Part shown: one piece after another, positions 48,501-62,049 of the stretch | How positions within the stretch are numbered: the stretch's first letter is position 1 | Layout: every line of letters starts with the position of its first letter | Assembly (NCBI GenBank): GCA_018398765.1 | Contig: JAHBMJ010000024.1 | Location: 62,001 to 126,000, forward strand | DNA length: 64,000 nucleotides | Direction: 5' to 3' | Source: Chromera velia | Taxonomy: Eukaryota | Notes under the pieces: generated by a model | Told to the model about the DNA's origin: nothing | What the model saw: only the letters and a program-made list of their open reading frames with translations | Databases searched by the model: none | Program-made: the position numbers and the translations under genes

Positions 48501-51500
48501 CCAGAATCGAATGGTCATCTTGATGTTGTCTCAATTTTCTGCAGAACAGTGCAGGAGACTCTGTCGGGGGAGGTTGAAGAATTCTTCAAAGCGGAGCCGG
48601 CATATAATGAAAACCATTCTGCTGTAGCGAAGCGCGCGGTGAAGATGATCCTCGATCAGTACAAGCAGGCAGCTAAGGAGAGAAGCAAAGCACAGCTACA
48701 CCTTCAAGCTCAATTAAGTACTTCTGAGAGTACATGTTCCATGCTGAACTCTGCTTCCATCTTGTTGGTCTGGCAAGATGTCCTGTAGTCGCCAAAGGTA
48801 GACATCCTTATTCTCGACTTGAAGGCGCTATCTGAAGAACGGTCAGCAGGACCTTGAAATCTTTGTGATGGACGTTCAGGAAGGGACAAAAGCACGCTCT
48901 TCTTCCACCAAGAACCACTCTGAGCAGCTCTACCACGTCCTGGTTGACTACAGCGATCTCCTCTTCAGAACGAACAGCCTCGACAGCAAGACAGCTGTGG
49001 GATCTCCCCGCAGGGAATTAATGATCATGCGTACCATGCTGTCTTCGCAGAAACGCCTGCTCGCGACGAAGTCGAGAAGCAGCTCCGAGCGAAACAAGCA
49101 TAGATCCAGAAACTAAAGGAGAGATAGAATTCCAAGGTGTGAGTGGATGGAGTTGCATGGGTGGTGTGTAAAGAGACCAAACAACGTCCACCTCGAGACC
49201 GGAAAAAAAGATTTGGGGGGCAGAGAGGTAGAGAGTCATCGTCAGAATGAAGCAGACAGCTCTGACTCTCCTCCCACTTTCAATCCCCTATCTTCCTACC
49301 ATTCCGTCACACTTCACTCCAGTCTTGAAACGCTCACACAGTGCCATTTTCCTCTGTCCAACGTGAAAGAGCTTTTGAGGGAGAGGTTGGATTCGCCTAC
49401 ATATTTCTCGGCCCGCAGGGGGAGGAAAACCAGTGGGATTGCGGGCTTTTTGTGTGGAAGTTGGCAGCGCTTTTCGTTGCAATTCTTAAAGCGCTTTCTG
49501 ACCCCCCTTCCAAAAAGATTTTTTTCTGTTCTGTCTTGTTATATGGACGCTCTTTCCGTCTGGCAGTCATCGGCAACTGTCAGACGGTCCCTCCATGGCT
49601 GACGACCTTCAAGAGGGGCAGCTGGAACTGTTTCCTCCTTTCCCCAAGAGCACTATAGAAGCAAAGCACTACACAGTAGACTGCCCGAAGTACAATATGC
49701 CTGTCCGTTGCAACCAACCTCTCTGCCAAGCTCAGACGCCTCCCCTCAAGCACAAAGCGAAGGGCTGCATCTGCCAAGCCTTCCACTCGGGGTCAGGGGT
49801 TCGGTTCGGCGAGCTGCCGCAGGGGAGGGGGGCAGCAATTAAGGGGCCAGGCGCGGGGCTTCATCCCTTCTCTGCCCTCGTCGGTATTTCATCTCGGTCT
49901 CCGCCATCTTTTCTGATGGGTTACATTAGAGGGGTTCAGCAATATGCGCCCTTCGGCTGGATCAAATGTGCGGTAGAATACACTGCAACGGGGAAGATGA
50001 ACAATCCACTGAAGGACTTTGTTCTGGGGGCTCTGGATGTGCCCCCCTGCCTCAAGCCCCGTCGATTGCCTCCTCGGACGCTCCCCCGCCTCAAGCCCCG
50101 TTGGCTTCCGCCTTGGGCGCTCCTCGACATGAGACGTTGATGAGGTTCGCGCGCCTCCACGAAAGAATCTGCCCGGAGATCCGGAGGTTCTTGTCACCGT
50201 TCTTCATGAACTGTGCCTGCCTCGCGGCTGAACTCTCTCCCGCTCCAGTGTATGTCTCTTTGTTGAAGTCTGCAGAAGAAAATAGGATAAGAAGGGACCC
50301 AACAGGAAGCAGATGGCTTTTTTGTACTTTTCTTCTGCATGTCTCAGTCTCTCTGACTCTCTCTTTCCCTCGCCCTTTTGAGTTCTCTGATCGCTGGAGT
50401 ATCCAAACGACAAGCCAGAGGAGAAAGTGAAGGAGGGGAAGAGAGGACCGAAACCGGAGAAGACGCTTGCCCCGAAGCTCGCTCCAAGAGACAGAGAGCG
50501 ACTGATCCGAAACCAGTCGAGCTCGGAGTCACATGTCGAAGTCCTGTCTGTTTTGTGAAAAAACAACGCGATCTCCGAGCACTTTTGCATCTCAATTTCA
50601 TCCCCTATGAACCGCACTTTTTCTCTTAGTGGCTCCCGATCTCTCCAGTCTCCAACGGCTGTACGGTGTCTTCAACTGCCCAGAAGAAAGACTTGCAGAT
50701 GGTTTCAAACCATCATGCAACTAGTTCCTCCGTACCCCCCCACCTCTTTTCTGGAGGAAGCAGGAGCCGTCCCCGCCTGCGGAAAAAAATTCCGCAAAAG
50801 GTGAATGGGAGATATACGCAAGAAGATAGAAAGGTTTTGAATGAAGCCACAAGGCGGTGGAAAAGAAAGGTAACACCGTGAAGAGACAGCTTCCCATCGG
50901 TTTCTTCGGGGGGGGACCGGCCAACCCTTTGGATCTTTGAGTGGGAGACATACATGCAAAAGATCATTTCTTCATCGATTTTTAAAGACTCCCTTGCATG
51001 CACTGATCAAGACTGCACTCCTCGATCGGAGGGTGGTCGGGTAGCAGGACTTCGCCGCCATGGTGACAAGGGCCTGCTTCAGGCCGAGAAGAAGTACGGC
51101 AACGGTAGTGACGGTGAGTCAAGCATCAACAGTGATGATTCTACTGTCAAAGAGTTGAGAAAGTTGTGGAGTGTAGAGAGTAGAGAGGCTTGGACCATTT
51201 GATCAAGGCAGCGTATTGGAGGTTCACCAACTCTCAACTTCGCTGGCTTCTGAATCATGAAGAGGAGCCCCTCCCCAACTTCCTTTGCAGTCCTTCTCAC
51301 ATCTTCTGCCTCGAACGGTGGTACTTCAAACACCTCTGGCAAGAGAAGACGCAGTTGGCCACCAATGAGGGACGACCGCCTCATGTTTCTGCTGTGGAGA
51401 GATATCTGCCCGCCGTTCGCGGCCCCTCAACCCCTTGCAAGCTCATTCGGAGAAGAAGCTGGCATGGCCTTGTGCATGGGAGTGGAAAGAAAAAGAAGTT

Positions 51501-52689
51501 GCCGACAGTTTGGAGGAGATTCGGAATATGGAGGATTTGAATGAGGGCTTGCTTCTGTCAGGAGTGGCAGGCAAAACAGACAACACCGATGCCTCGAACC
51601 CATACATCACCCCAGTAGGGCAGATCAAACCGCCACTGTCATCCCCACTCGATTTTCTTCAGGGAGCCCCCCGACAGGCAGTGGCTGGGATCCAGCAGTT
51701 TACCCCCGAGGGCACCTTCCCCATGCACCCCCCAGGTTGTGGACGGGAACACCGCGGCTGCTGCCGTGCCTGTTGCACATCCGTCCAACACCTTCTCTCC
51801 CTGCAGGAGATCCCCAATCCGCAATCTCTTCGGCAAGGAGGGCAGTCTCGGATTTTTTCTTCTCCTTCAGCTTCTGCGAGCTCATCGTCGACGACCCAGG
51901 TACACCACGGCAGTGTCGATGTGCTTTCTTTTCTTCTCGCTGTGCTTCCATACCTGTATTTGCCAATGTGTGCCTGAATGTGTCTGTAGGAGCATACGTA
52001 CTCCGTCTGTGCCGGTATGTGTGTCTGTGTCCTTGTCGGTGTTCCTGTATCGGTTCGAGACTCTGATGATCTCTCTAATCTGTCCGATCGAAAATTCTGT
52101 CGAAGTTGGCCGCCGCGTGTTAGGTATGGTTCATCGCGCATAAGGAAGTCCGCTTCCTGCACCTTGCATGCATGCAGAAGGTGATTTGCATGGGCTTTTC
52201 ACACTTTGCGTCGAGAGACAAGATCGAGCTGCTGATCCGGCAGATCTCGGGGAACGGAGGAAGCTCCTTGAAGTTCACCTTCCAAAAGTCCGTAAATCTA
52301 CTTCCTTGAATCTTTTGTTGTGATTGCTTCTCTCATTTTCTGCCGGTGGGTATATGGTAATACTTGTTTGGTTGCTTATGGTATTTGACAAACGCTCAGT
52401 TGGTTTCAAACAATTGGTCCTGTTGCATTAAGAACCTTAGACTTGTCGCTTTCCAGAAAACAAAAGACAGTGAGTCGCTGTAGAAGCGCTTTCAGAACAC
52501 ACTGCAAGCCTTTCAGACTTGTGAATCGTTTCACGTGTGCCGAATATTCAATTGAAGTCGAGGATTTTGTGAAATCTGGAAGGGATGGTTGTGTGCAGAC
52601 TGAACATATTGAAGGTGTACCGTCTGAACAAGTGAAGCTACAGTCGCCGAGGCTCTGGCCACAACGGGTATGACTTACTGGGGATCAAA

Positions 52690-52860
52690 GTCTGTCGACT
52701 TCTCAACACGTCACCCGAACGGAAAGACCGCTCTCCATCTCTGCGAAGACATCAAATTGGCAAAAGTGATGACAAGAAATGGTGCCCCGCGAGATGCACT
52801 GTGCACGAGTACCGCAACTGAGACTGAGGTCACCCCCCTCTTTCTTCACGCTGGTAGAGT
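52690..52860 (+). pseudogene. Ankyrin-repeat fragment
   Basis: VDFSTRHPNGKTALHLCEDIKLAKVMTRNGA...VTPLFL matches G.TaLH....l...GA. Confidence 0.65.
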
Positions 52861-52919
52861 GTCTGGGACAAGACGGGTCACCGCAGCCTGACGGTGAGAG
52901 TCGAGTTCCCGGATGTCAT

Positions 52920-54638
52920 GGGTATCCTTTTATGGGAAATCCTTGGATTGAAGTGTGAGAGGTGTCATGAGATGTGGAAGACTGGTAAATGTCAATGCAT
53001 GATGACTTATGCATGAGTGGGCAGAATAGAACTGGGGACACCATCCGAACTGCTGCATGAGGATGATGTCATCGACCAACCTCTCTCCACCTTGACTAAG
53101 ACGCTCAATGACAAGGCCAACGCCCGCTATGCGCCCGATATCAACCAAACATAAGTACTGAAATCCAACTCCTTTCAAGCCTCATCATAACCACTCTTTT
53201 CTTGAATAAACTCTCACGACTCCAGAAACAAAAGCCTAACATGTTCATGAACAACAGTCCTTACCACACTCCGTACCTCAACTATCCTGCGCAAATGCCT
53301 ATCCCGCACTCTTCATTCTCACAAGCAACAGCCCATCTCCACGCTGCTATGTCCATTGACAACCTGACCGAGGAAGGAGCTGCGGCTTGCATGGAGAGAG
53401 AACCTCTCCGAGATTACAACTCCGACCTCAACCACGAAAAGCGAGATCAAGCAGGAGGAGACTGACCGATACAAACGCTTCGTTCCTCAGTCTCCTCATC
53501 CTGTCTTCCACCAACCCGAGATCAACCCTGATGTGCTGCCCACGTCATCAAAAAAGAAGAAGTCAAGGAGGAGGAAGTGACTGTCGACAAGAAAGCAAAG
53601 AGAGTGGTGAAAGGAAAAGCAAGACTCCTTGAATCCATCGAGGGCAGGGTTCCCAGGAGAAAGAACCCTGCCAATACAAATGTGTCGTTGGCAGGGTTTC
53701 GTGCTACGGAAACGGCAGAGAAGATGTACAGAGGCAACGAGAAAAACAGTTTGGACGCCCGTGAGAGAAAAGATATGTTTGACCGTTTTGCTGAGACTTC
53801 CGCCTTCCGCCAGTCTCTCCAGGAGGAGTCAAACCCTAGATACCTCGTCGACTCGAGAAATCGGGTGGTGACAAAGGTCAAAGTCACCATGAAGACTCCT
53901 TGCGTTTCGTCCTTTTTTTCCCCCCTCGTCTCGTTTCGTTTATCGCGCTCTCACTGGTGTCCATCCTGCATTGGACAGTGGGGAAGATGGAAGTCGAAGA
54001 CGTTGAGCTGGGTGTAGGAGGAGGAGAAGTGAATGCCGGGAGCATGGGAGATGCTGCAGAGGGAGAAGGTGGAGCCTTTGCACAAGCGATGGTTGACTCA
54101 GAGGATGCTGAGAGACTGGAGGTGGAAGGAGAAAGTGAAGTGAGAGAGGAGAAGCATACAAAGTGTTCGCATAACAAGTCCGACCGCCGGTTTTGCCGTG
54201 AGTGCGTGGGTAACTGTCTTTGTGTTCCTGCAAAGGACACGCAACGTGCAGTGATTTTTTTTTTTCGAATTATTTTGACATGCAACAGGCACCAACTAGG
54301 CGATTCTCCAGCAACGAGTTGTTGGATTTGGTGTCTTCTGTTGACTTGCCGGGCCCTGCATGCACAGATTATCCGGTCCTTTCTTACCGACGTTCTCACG
54401 CCCAGTCTTCTGTTGGAGCATCTTCGCAAGAAGAAGAAGGGGTCGAGGAAGGAGGAGGAAGATCTGTGCATAGGGGTATCTTTCTGTGGGATTTCCTTGG
54501 ATTGAAGTGTGAGAAGTGTCATGAGATGTGGAAGACTTGTAAATGTCAATGCATGATGACTTATGCATGAGTGGGCAGAAATAACTGCATCCATGGAGAC
54601 ACCATCCGAACCGCTGAGGATGATGTCATGCATCGACC
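52920..54638 (+). repeat. Dispersed ~155-bp duplication (52920-53075 and 54474-54638), Cys-rich coding potential
   Basis: TCCTTGGATTGAAGTGTGAGA.GTGTCATGAGATGTGGAAGACT.GTAAATGTCAATGCATGATGACTTATGCATGAGTGGGCAGAA occurs in both copies (CEKCHEMWKTCKCQC). Confidence 0.9.
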
Positions 54639-56974
54639 TTGCAACCTCTTTCCACTGCACACAAACGTCCATCAGACGGCAGTCACCCCGGGCCCGCAGC
54701 ACCTCATTCAGTTGCCTTATAGGACAAGCATCAAGCAGAAAGATTCTGAGACAAGCGGGAGGTGAAGCTTCTGCCCGCAAGAAGAAAGGATCACGCCCTC
54801 CGCTTTTTGGCAACGAAGGAGGGGAATGAAAGGAGGGCTCCGTGCATCGTCACAGGGAAGGGCGGATACGGGGAGAGTAACATGAAAATGCAAGCAGTAG
54901 TTCTTTAGTACCCAAGTGATCCACAGGTGAATACATGAATGTACATCCATGCGGTGCAAGTGTACTCCATCTTTTCCAAGTTTGTGTTGGAGGGTATATT
55001 TTTGGAGACTTTCCTTCACTGTCGGCTTTTGAGACCTTCCTTCCTTGAGTGCAACTGAGATGAATTCTAGAAACGAACAGGTCAGCAACACCCCTTTGGT
55101 GCTTCAGATTCCGCTACTTTCCCTCCCAGTCAAGGCGCCCAAGGACACGGCCACCGCCCGCTTTGCGCCCGATATCATGGTCAACGCTCGCAAGCGCAAG
55201 GCGGAAGCGAAAGCGCAGACACAGAGGGAGCAAGCCTTCCCATTTTCTTTTGAAATTCTCGGTTTCTTTTCTGTTCTTGCTATAGTGCCTTTGGTTGTGG
55301 GGCACGGCGGGATGAAAACGCGACCCCCCACACGTTTGTATGGAGATCTCCTGACTGGGTGTAAGCAGCAGCAGCTCGTCCTCGTCGGGCGCATACCCGC
55401 GGACTACCCCCCTCCCTTCCCTCCGACCGCCGGTGATCGACTCCGAGAGAGAGATCGACCCAGACATCGGCCTGTTTCTGGATGAGCTCCCTGTTGGGCC
55501 GGGGTGGATGACCCCTTTCGGGCAGGTCCAGCCAGGGTGGAAAGTTTTGAACCACAGAGGCGCCTACGTGCAGGCTCTTCCGTTCTTTGTATGAACTTGA
55601 ATAAAACCTGTGTTCGTGTTTGTCTGTCTGCGTGCCTGGACTGCCAGAGGAAACGTCTGTGTAGGTAGGTTTTTATCTAGGAACCTCTATATAAACAACG
55701 TTCATGGTTCAGGTTTTATTCAACAACGTTAAATGGTGACACAGCTTCGATCGAATTTCCGCTTCGCTTGAAGTTGTGTTTTCACAATCAACCTTCTGAT
55801 TTCTTCCCTTATTGACTAGAGTTTGGAGTCCTTCGGTCACTGATCTCATCACTTCTTTCCTCCCTCCTCTCTTTCCATGCAGACTCGAAAGAAAGAAAGA
55901 AAGAAAAGAAAGAGAGAGAGAGAGAGACGGTACGTCTGCTCTTCGGGGCGAGTCAGTCCCTCCTTCTTCTATGCCAACCACTCATGAAGAATCCCCTTTT
56001 TACCCAAGTGAGACGTCGTTCTCCCTCTTTTTCGCCCACAATTGATGGCCGTGCTGATGCAGAAAGCCGCCGTTCACCTTTTCCGCCTCCGTCTGATTTT
56101 CTTTCCCTTGAGACGGCTTGCCCGTTGGCAAAGCTGAATCAAGCCTTCTCACTTTTTCCCTCTTCCGCCCCTTCCCCTCCAATTTTGCCCCGTTCCCACT
56201 TATTTCCCGACATGAATGAAGGCGGTGCAGATGCAAAAAGCGCTCGTTCCCTTTTCCCCTCTCCCTCTGACTTGCGTCCCCTCGAGGCTTCAAACCCTTC
56301 GGTCAATGAAACTGAAGAAAGACAAGTCTCCCTCTCCCTTTCTGCCCCTCGCCCTCTCCAACGTGTAGATCCCGTATCCGCGCAAGCTTCTTCTTCACCT
56401 CAATCTCCTCTTGTCTCGTCTTCGCTTCACATGATCCAACCTTGCAGAGAGATGCAGCCCCCGGCGGTCCTGGAAACGGCGGCGACCTCCGGGAACCTCT
56501 GCCCCCCTCCTGAATGAGGAGGGGGGGGAGATCATTGGAAGAGAGAGGCAGAGACAAATTGACAGAGACAATGCGTTGCATGATGGCAAACACACTTATA
56601 ATCCTTCTTCTTCAGCTGTGAATGCGATTGCGGACCCTCCTGATGAAAAAGTCCAATTTCGCTCGTCGATCGTTTACCTCCCCTTCGTCCCCTGTGAATG
56701 CGGACCATCCTGTTGGAAAAGTCCAAAATCACACATCTTTCTTTCAACCTGTTTCTGGCTCTCTGAATGCGGACCGTCCAGTTGGAAGCGTCCAATTTCA
56801 GACTGCACTCCTTCCCCCCCCCACTCGCTTCCCCCAAAACTTGCCGATGCAACAGCCTCTGTCATCTTCTGGTCTGGCGCACGGCCCGACTGGCCTCTGT
56901 ATCTCTGCATGGTGTGGCGGGGAATTTTTACGACACAAACAAAGAGATCTCCCAGGTGCTGATCTACGGACCTC

Positions 56975-58050
56975 ACGAAGACCCAAACACTCCCAGGGCG
57001 GAGTGGCCGAAACGGAAGACCGTCGAACTTCCCAACTACCTGTGCCTCGTAGTGAATTGAGCCGCTTCAAGAAAGGCTCGACTCAGCTTCCCGCGACAAA
57101 GGAGGAGATAGACTCTGGGACGCACAGGGTGGCGGCCCTCAAGGAATGGCTGGTGAACATCGTGGGAAACAAGGTCCTGGGAAGGAAGGTGAAGAAGGCG
57201 GAGGTACGTGCGGTGGTGGGAATGGGGTGGCGATGCACATGGAAGGAGCGGGACGACGGGTCAAGGAAGCCAAAGTGTCGCTTTTTCGCGAAGGGCTTTC
57301 TCGACGGTAGGTCCGTCGACACATATGTCGGTACCCCCTCGGTGGCGGGTATCAACTGTGTGGCTCTGTTCATTGTGTCGCAGGAGATGGAGATGGGGGC
57401 GGCAGACGTTACTGCTGCCTTCCTGACGTCGAAAGATCACAACCAGGAGAGGGTCGGTGCAACCCTCCCGAAGGTCCTTCCCGAGTACCCCAAGGAGTCC
57501 CCGTTTCCGGACGTCCCTCAGGAGAGGTACGAGGAGCTCGTAAAGGAAGCCCGCAAGTTTGAGGCGGGGGAGACGTATCTCATAGAGATGGGTCTCTATG
57601 GGCTGCCCTGTGCAGCGCAGCTCTTCGACGCCAAGTTGGAGGGGGTCTGCAAGAAATTGGGCTTTCGGTGTGTGGACACGGCGATCGCAGTGAGAGGGAA
57701 GAAGGGGGAGCCAGCCACAGCGGTCATCATGAACTGGATCGATGACTTGCTGACGGGAGCCAGCAAGGAGGAGCACGGGAAGCTTCAGGCCACCCTCAAC
57801 AAGGAGTTGGGGTTTGGCTCGGTGTGCGTCATCGGGCAGGGCTCTGAGCGAAAGTTCTCTGGGGTCGACATAGAGAGGGTGGGACCGAGAGAAGTGATTC
57901 TCTCCCAGGCCTCTTACTTGGAAAATACCGACACCGCTCCCCTCTGGGAGATTTTGAAGGAACGGCGCCCCCAGAAGCCCTGGAGAGGTCTCGACGGGAA
58001 GTCGGCAGAGCCGTCAAAGGACGAGGAGGTGGATGAGGCCTACGAGAAGC
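56975..58050 (+). mobile_element. Ty1/copia-type reverse transcriptase fragment
   Basis: VGMGWRCTWK..KPKCRFFAKGF..DTYVGTPS..DVTAAFL..GLYGL..MNWIDDLL..FSGVDI..LSQASY. Truncated at both ends; no flanking LTRs seen. Confidence 0.92.
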
Positions 58051-58598
58051 CGTTGCCCTCATCCATCCTCGCACTCTGCCCACCCTTCCAATCCCCTTGT
58101 CTTTCCTATAAATTCTGAAAATTCTTCTCCTCACTGTTCAGGTTCTTATGCGCCGAAAACTGAGAATCGTACGCTTGAATTTTCTGATACAAGAAATCAG
58201 TTTCTTCAGTCTAACCTTTCTACTTTTCCTAGTGCGAAAAGCGCACAACCTCTGCCTCTTTTTCAACCTAAAGTTGGCATAGAAATAGGAAAAGAGAACG
58301 AAAAAGATGAGGAATTTAGTTGTTCCAGAAAGCCTGTCTGCGAGCCTATAGACTTGCTACAGAGCGAAACTATGAGTCTGAAATAAAACTCATCAAAGAC
58401 CAAAAACAGGAAAGAGAGAGTGAAGCAGACCTTCGGCACCGTGACAAGTTGGTCGGACAAATCCTAGAAAAAATAGAGCAGATGCCTAAAGAAACACAAT
58501 TCTCTTTGTGCCTAAAGGAACAGCGATTAAAGGCAATCCTTTTCTGCGTGAGAAGGTCGCTCGTCAGAAACGACAATTCCTCAACCTTTGCAGAAACA

Positions 58599-59668
58599 TG
58601 ACAGAGCCGTATCGTCTAGCCGTGCAAAGTGAGGTGACAGAACGATCTCTTGATGGTTTCCCTCGAAGAGCAATTGAGCTGCAACCTGAGGCAATTCAGT
58701 ATGAAATGCGTGCTGCTGGTATGCAGATTCAAAAGTACCTCTGGCCGGAAGAGGAACAAAACACCATTCCCTACCGGCTGACGTTTACGGACTTGGAGGC
58801 TATCACTGCCCACATGCAGGGGTACTCTCTGGATCTCCTTTTGCTTCGGCCCATGGAGATTGTCACAAAGGTACGCAAATGAAAGACTGAGTCTTTTCAA
58901 AAATATGCACTCCGTCTTGCCAGGGAAGTTGAGTCGGAAATGATTTTTTTGACAAAACACATTCTCCCTGACAGCATTAATCTGGATCCTGAGTTGCGTC
59001 ATCTCCTACCATCTCCTCCATCTCTGTGTTCTTTGCAACTGCCGGTCTTGCTGATGATGTGCTCAAGCATGCATCCGATGTCCTGCAAAAAAATCTTGAG
59101 CAAATCATGTAAATCAGCGGGCTCAGCAAGGGAGAACGCAAAGAATGGTCCCGTACAAACACTCTCACTCTCGGTTCAGTTCCTGTTGCCAGATCGAACT
59201 TGCGTCGATTCTCATCAAACACCCAAAGACGAAATCTCACAGCAGTGGTGGCAGCAACTCCACACTGACATTAAGGGACGTTTTTGTATGTTGGTGTTGA
59301 CTGTCATACTGGGCAATAAAGAGGAGCTGGGGACAGAATTTTTCTCGGAGCTGTTTCACAATGAGGACCTGGTGATGGTAGCGTTTTCTATTCTCACCAT
59401 TCCAGGTGTAGCCCCCTACAACCCGGACGAGCAACATTCGATCCTCGACACCGCAGTAGATAATGGTCCCTGGTCCTTCGTCTGGTGGCTGGCCAAGCAG
59501 TGTCCTTCGTCTGGTGGCTATTTTGGGTTCCAAGGGTGTACGACGTTTAATTCTTTGGGGGGGGGGATGGCAGGAAGACCGGACCTGTCCTTCTGGATCC
59601 AGAGACGCTTGATCATGAACCCTTGGTTCGTACGATCCTTGCATGGGTACAATGTCAGTTCAACATGA
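58599..59668 (+). CDS. Hypothetical multi-exon gene fragment, possibly ankyrin-like at the 3' end
   Basis: Non-repetitive ORFs, a donor AAG|GTACGC at ~58871, and SILDTAVDNGPWSFVWWL. Confidence 0.3.
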
Positions 59669-60644
59669 TGTGGAACACGAGCTCTACCTGACAGACGCCT
59701 GCTCTTCTCCCTATAGGTGTCCATGCGTACCCAGAGATCGAGAGGCCAGGTCCTCTAGAAAGGAAGAGTGTCTCTCTTTGATTTGACTGCCGCCGTCCTA
59801 CCGCCTGACGTGGTGCAAAAATCCGTCAGAATGGTTGATTTTGCGAACAGTGGTTCATCGATCTACCGATGGAGATGTGATGGCACCCGGGAAGCCCGTG
59901 CACTGTTTTTCTCAACTTCTCTCAATTCCTCGTCATTTCTGCAGGAACGAGAGGTTCAACGAAGGAGACCTCATCTTTGAGGACAACACCGGAAGGGTGA
60001 GTCCCGTCTTTGGTGCGTGTATCATCTCTGCATATACAAATCACATGCGTGCAAATTCAACCAAATTCACTTCGAAACAAAATCAATGTCCTCCCTTTCG
60101 TGGTGGATTGGACTCTGTGTGCTCCTTGCTGTGCTGCTGCGTCCCTTCCCTCCCCTTAAGTTGAATGCAGGCATCGGAAGCTCTGTATTCCCCTTCGTCG
60201 AGCCGCCCGTCCAGCCTCTCGACAAGCATTGGCACCTGTCCGCCTTCGAGAGGAACCTCACTCGTTCTCTCCCTGGGGAAGGGCCAGGACACTTCTGGGA
60301 CACACTGTGCCCTCCAAGACTTAAGGAGAGGTGTGTGAGCTCTACGAGCATGTGGCCAACTACATCGAAAGGACTGGCAGAGGCCCTACCCGATACCAAA
60401 GGTTCAGGCACCTCGAGTCCATACAACGTCTTCGTGCGAACGTACAGTACGAGATCTGATGAACTCAGTCCTGTACGAGCAGAGGATGAACCGTTACTTT
60501 ACTCTTTCTGCAAATATCTTCCAGACCTAACATGAGCTTTGCCCAGAAGCTGCTCGGCACTTCCGAAATGAATAATAAGACAGTGAACCATTGTGAAGGT
60601 CATTGAGAATGTCGAAAATGTCATGAAGAGCATAAAGACAATCT

Positions 60645-61709
60645 ATGTCAAGCAGGCAGTGCATGGCCTTTGCCAAGTCGCAGAACGGCCAGTGGAAATG
60701 TAGCTGCGGCGCTCCCCGAATGCTGGTGTTCCTTCCAGATTCTGTGTCACCGTATCCGGTGAATTTTATATATGCCCGCGAGACTCGGCTGACGGCTCTC
60801 GCCCAAGGCGGGGCTCCATTGAGGGGTGAAACGCCTGAGTTCCTCCTCTGGTACGGAGGGGGCCAGATGGGGTGGGGAGGGGGTGACAAAAACGGGGGCT
60901 TTCACCCGCCCCCGCCTCGTCTGTTTCCGACCACTGCGTACGAGACCGATGCAAGTGATGCGACAGGCAACACACTCAGCTCTCGCTGGTGGTTGACCCA
61001 GCTGGTGCAGCAAAAAGGCAGCAAGCTTCGGCTATCGAAACTGCAATCACAGGAAAAGGCAGATTTTGAAGGACTCTGGCTGCCTGAGCCGTTGCATGTA
61101 CGTTTCATTTTCAAAGCAGCTGACAGCTATTCAGAGAGCTGTGTTGTGTGTCAAGGAGAAAGTCGAGAGGGTGCGAAGAAATCCAATTCTCAACTCTGCC
61201 ATTGTGGCAGTTTCCCTGACGCAGACGAGAAAGCCAGAATAGCGTATGAGGAGGCAAAGAAGCAGAAGGAGGAGAAAGAGGCTGCCCTTCAGCCGGGTGC
61301 AGAAGGAGAGGAAGATTCCGAGATCGATCTGGATGAGAACGAGAATGCTTTCGTTCTTCTCATAAAGCCGAAGCAGGTGGAGGGTGCAGCAGTTGAGGTT
61401 GCTTTCGGGGTGGTCGTGGCTGAGGCTGTTCCCCTCCCGTGGAGTTCTCACGTTTTCGAGTTCCCCTCACTCGACCCGCATGCAGTGAGACTGCTATCTA
61501 GTAGTGAGGGTGCGTACTTTGCACAGCAGGTTTCCAGGATCGTGCAGGAAGTTGGGGGGAGTTATGAGGTGGGGAGATCGTCATTGAGGGAGAAGGTGGT
61601 TCATGTTGAACGTCTCATGAGTGAGAAGAGATGGTCGGAAGTGTATCTACGACGAATCCATGGTGACAGAGGAAAGTCCCATTCCTCTCACCCAGGGCAC
61701 AGGGAGTGA
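60645..61709 (+). CDS. Hypothetical protein, 354 aa, Cys-containing with an acidic linker
   Basis: Long ATG-started uninterrupted ORF. No family recognised. Confidence 0.45.
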   Translation: MSSRQCMAFAKSQNGQWKCSCGAPRMLVFLPDSVSPYPVNFIYARETRLTALAQGGAPLRGETPEFLLWYGGGQMGWGGGDKNGGFHPPPPRLFPTTAYETDASDATGNTLSSRWWLTQLVQQKGSKLRLSKLQSQEKADFEGLWLPEPLHVRFIFKAADSYSESCVVCQGESREGAKKSNSQLCHCGSFPDADEKARIAYEEAKKQKEEKEAALQPGAEGEEDSEIDLDENENAFVLLIKPKQVEGAAVEVAFGVVVAEAVPLPWSSHVFEFPSLDPHAVRLLSSSEGAYFAQQVSRIVQEVGGSYEVGRSSLREKVVHVERLMSEKRWSEVYLRRIHGDRGKSHSSHPGHRE

Positions 61710-62049
61710 CATGAAGGTCACAATCAAAGAAGAAGCCGAAACAGCAGCAGTCTTTCCACCCAAGAAAATTCCGCGTGGAATCCACCAGCCGATCACTCGC
61801 GGAATTAACCAGCCAATTGCCCGAAGAGCCGACCCACTGAAGATCATTAGAGAGGTAATTCACACTCTCAACAAGCCCCTAAAGAACAAAAGAGGAATTA
61901 ACCATCCCTTCACTCGCCGCACTCAGGTACCCACAGTCCGCCCAGTCAAGGCCGACAACCCACCGAAGCAGAAAGATATTACTGAATTGCTAGAAGAGTG
62001 GGGACGAGAGAATGGTGATTGGTTTCTGCGTCAAATCTACTTCCGAAAA

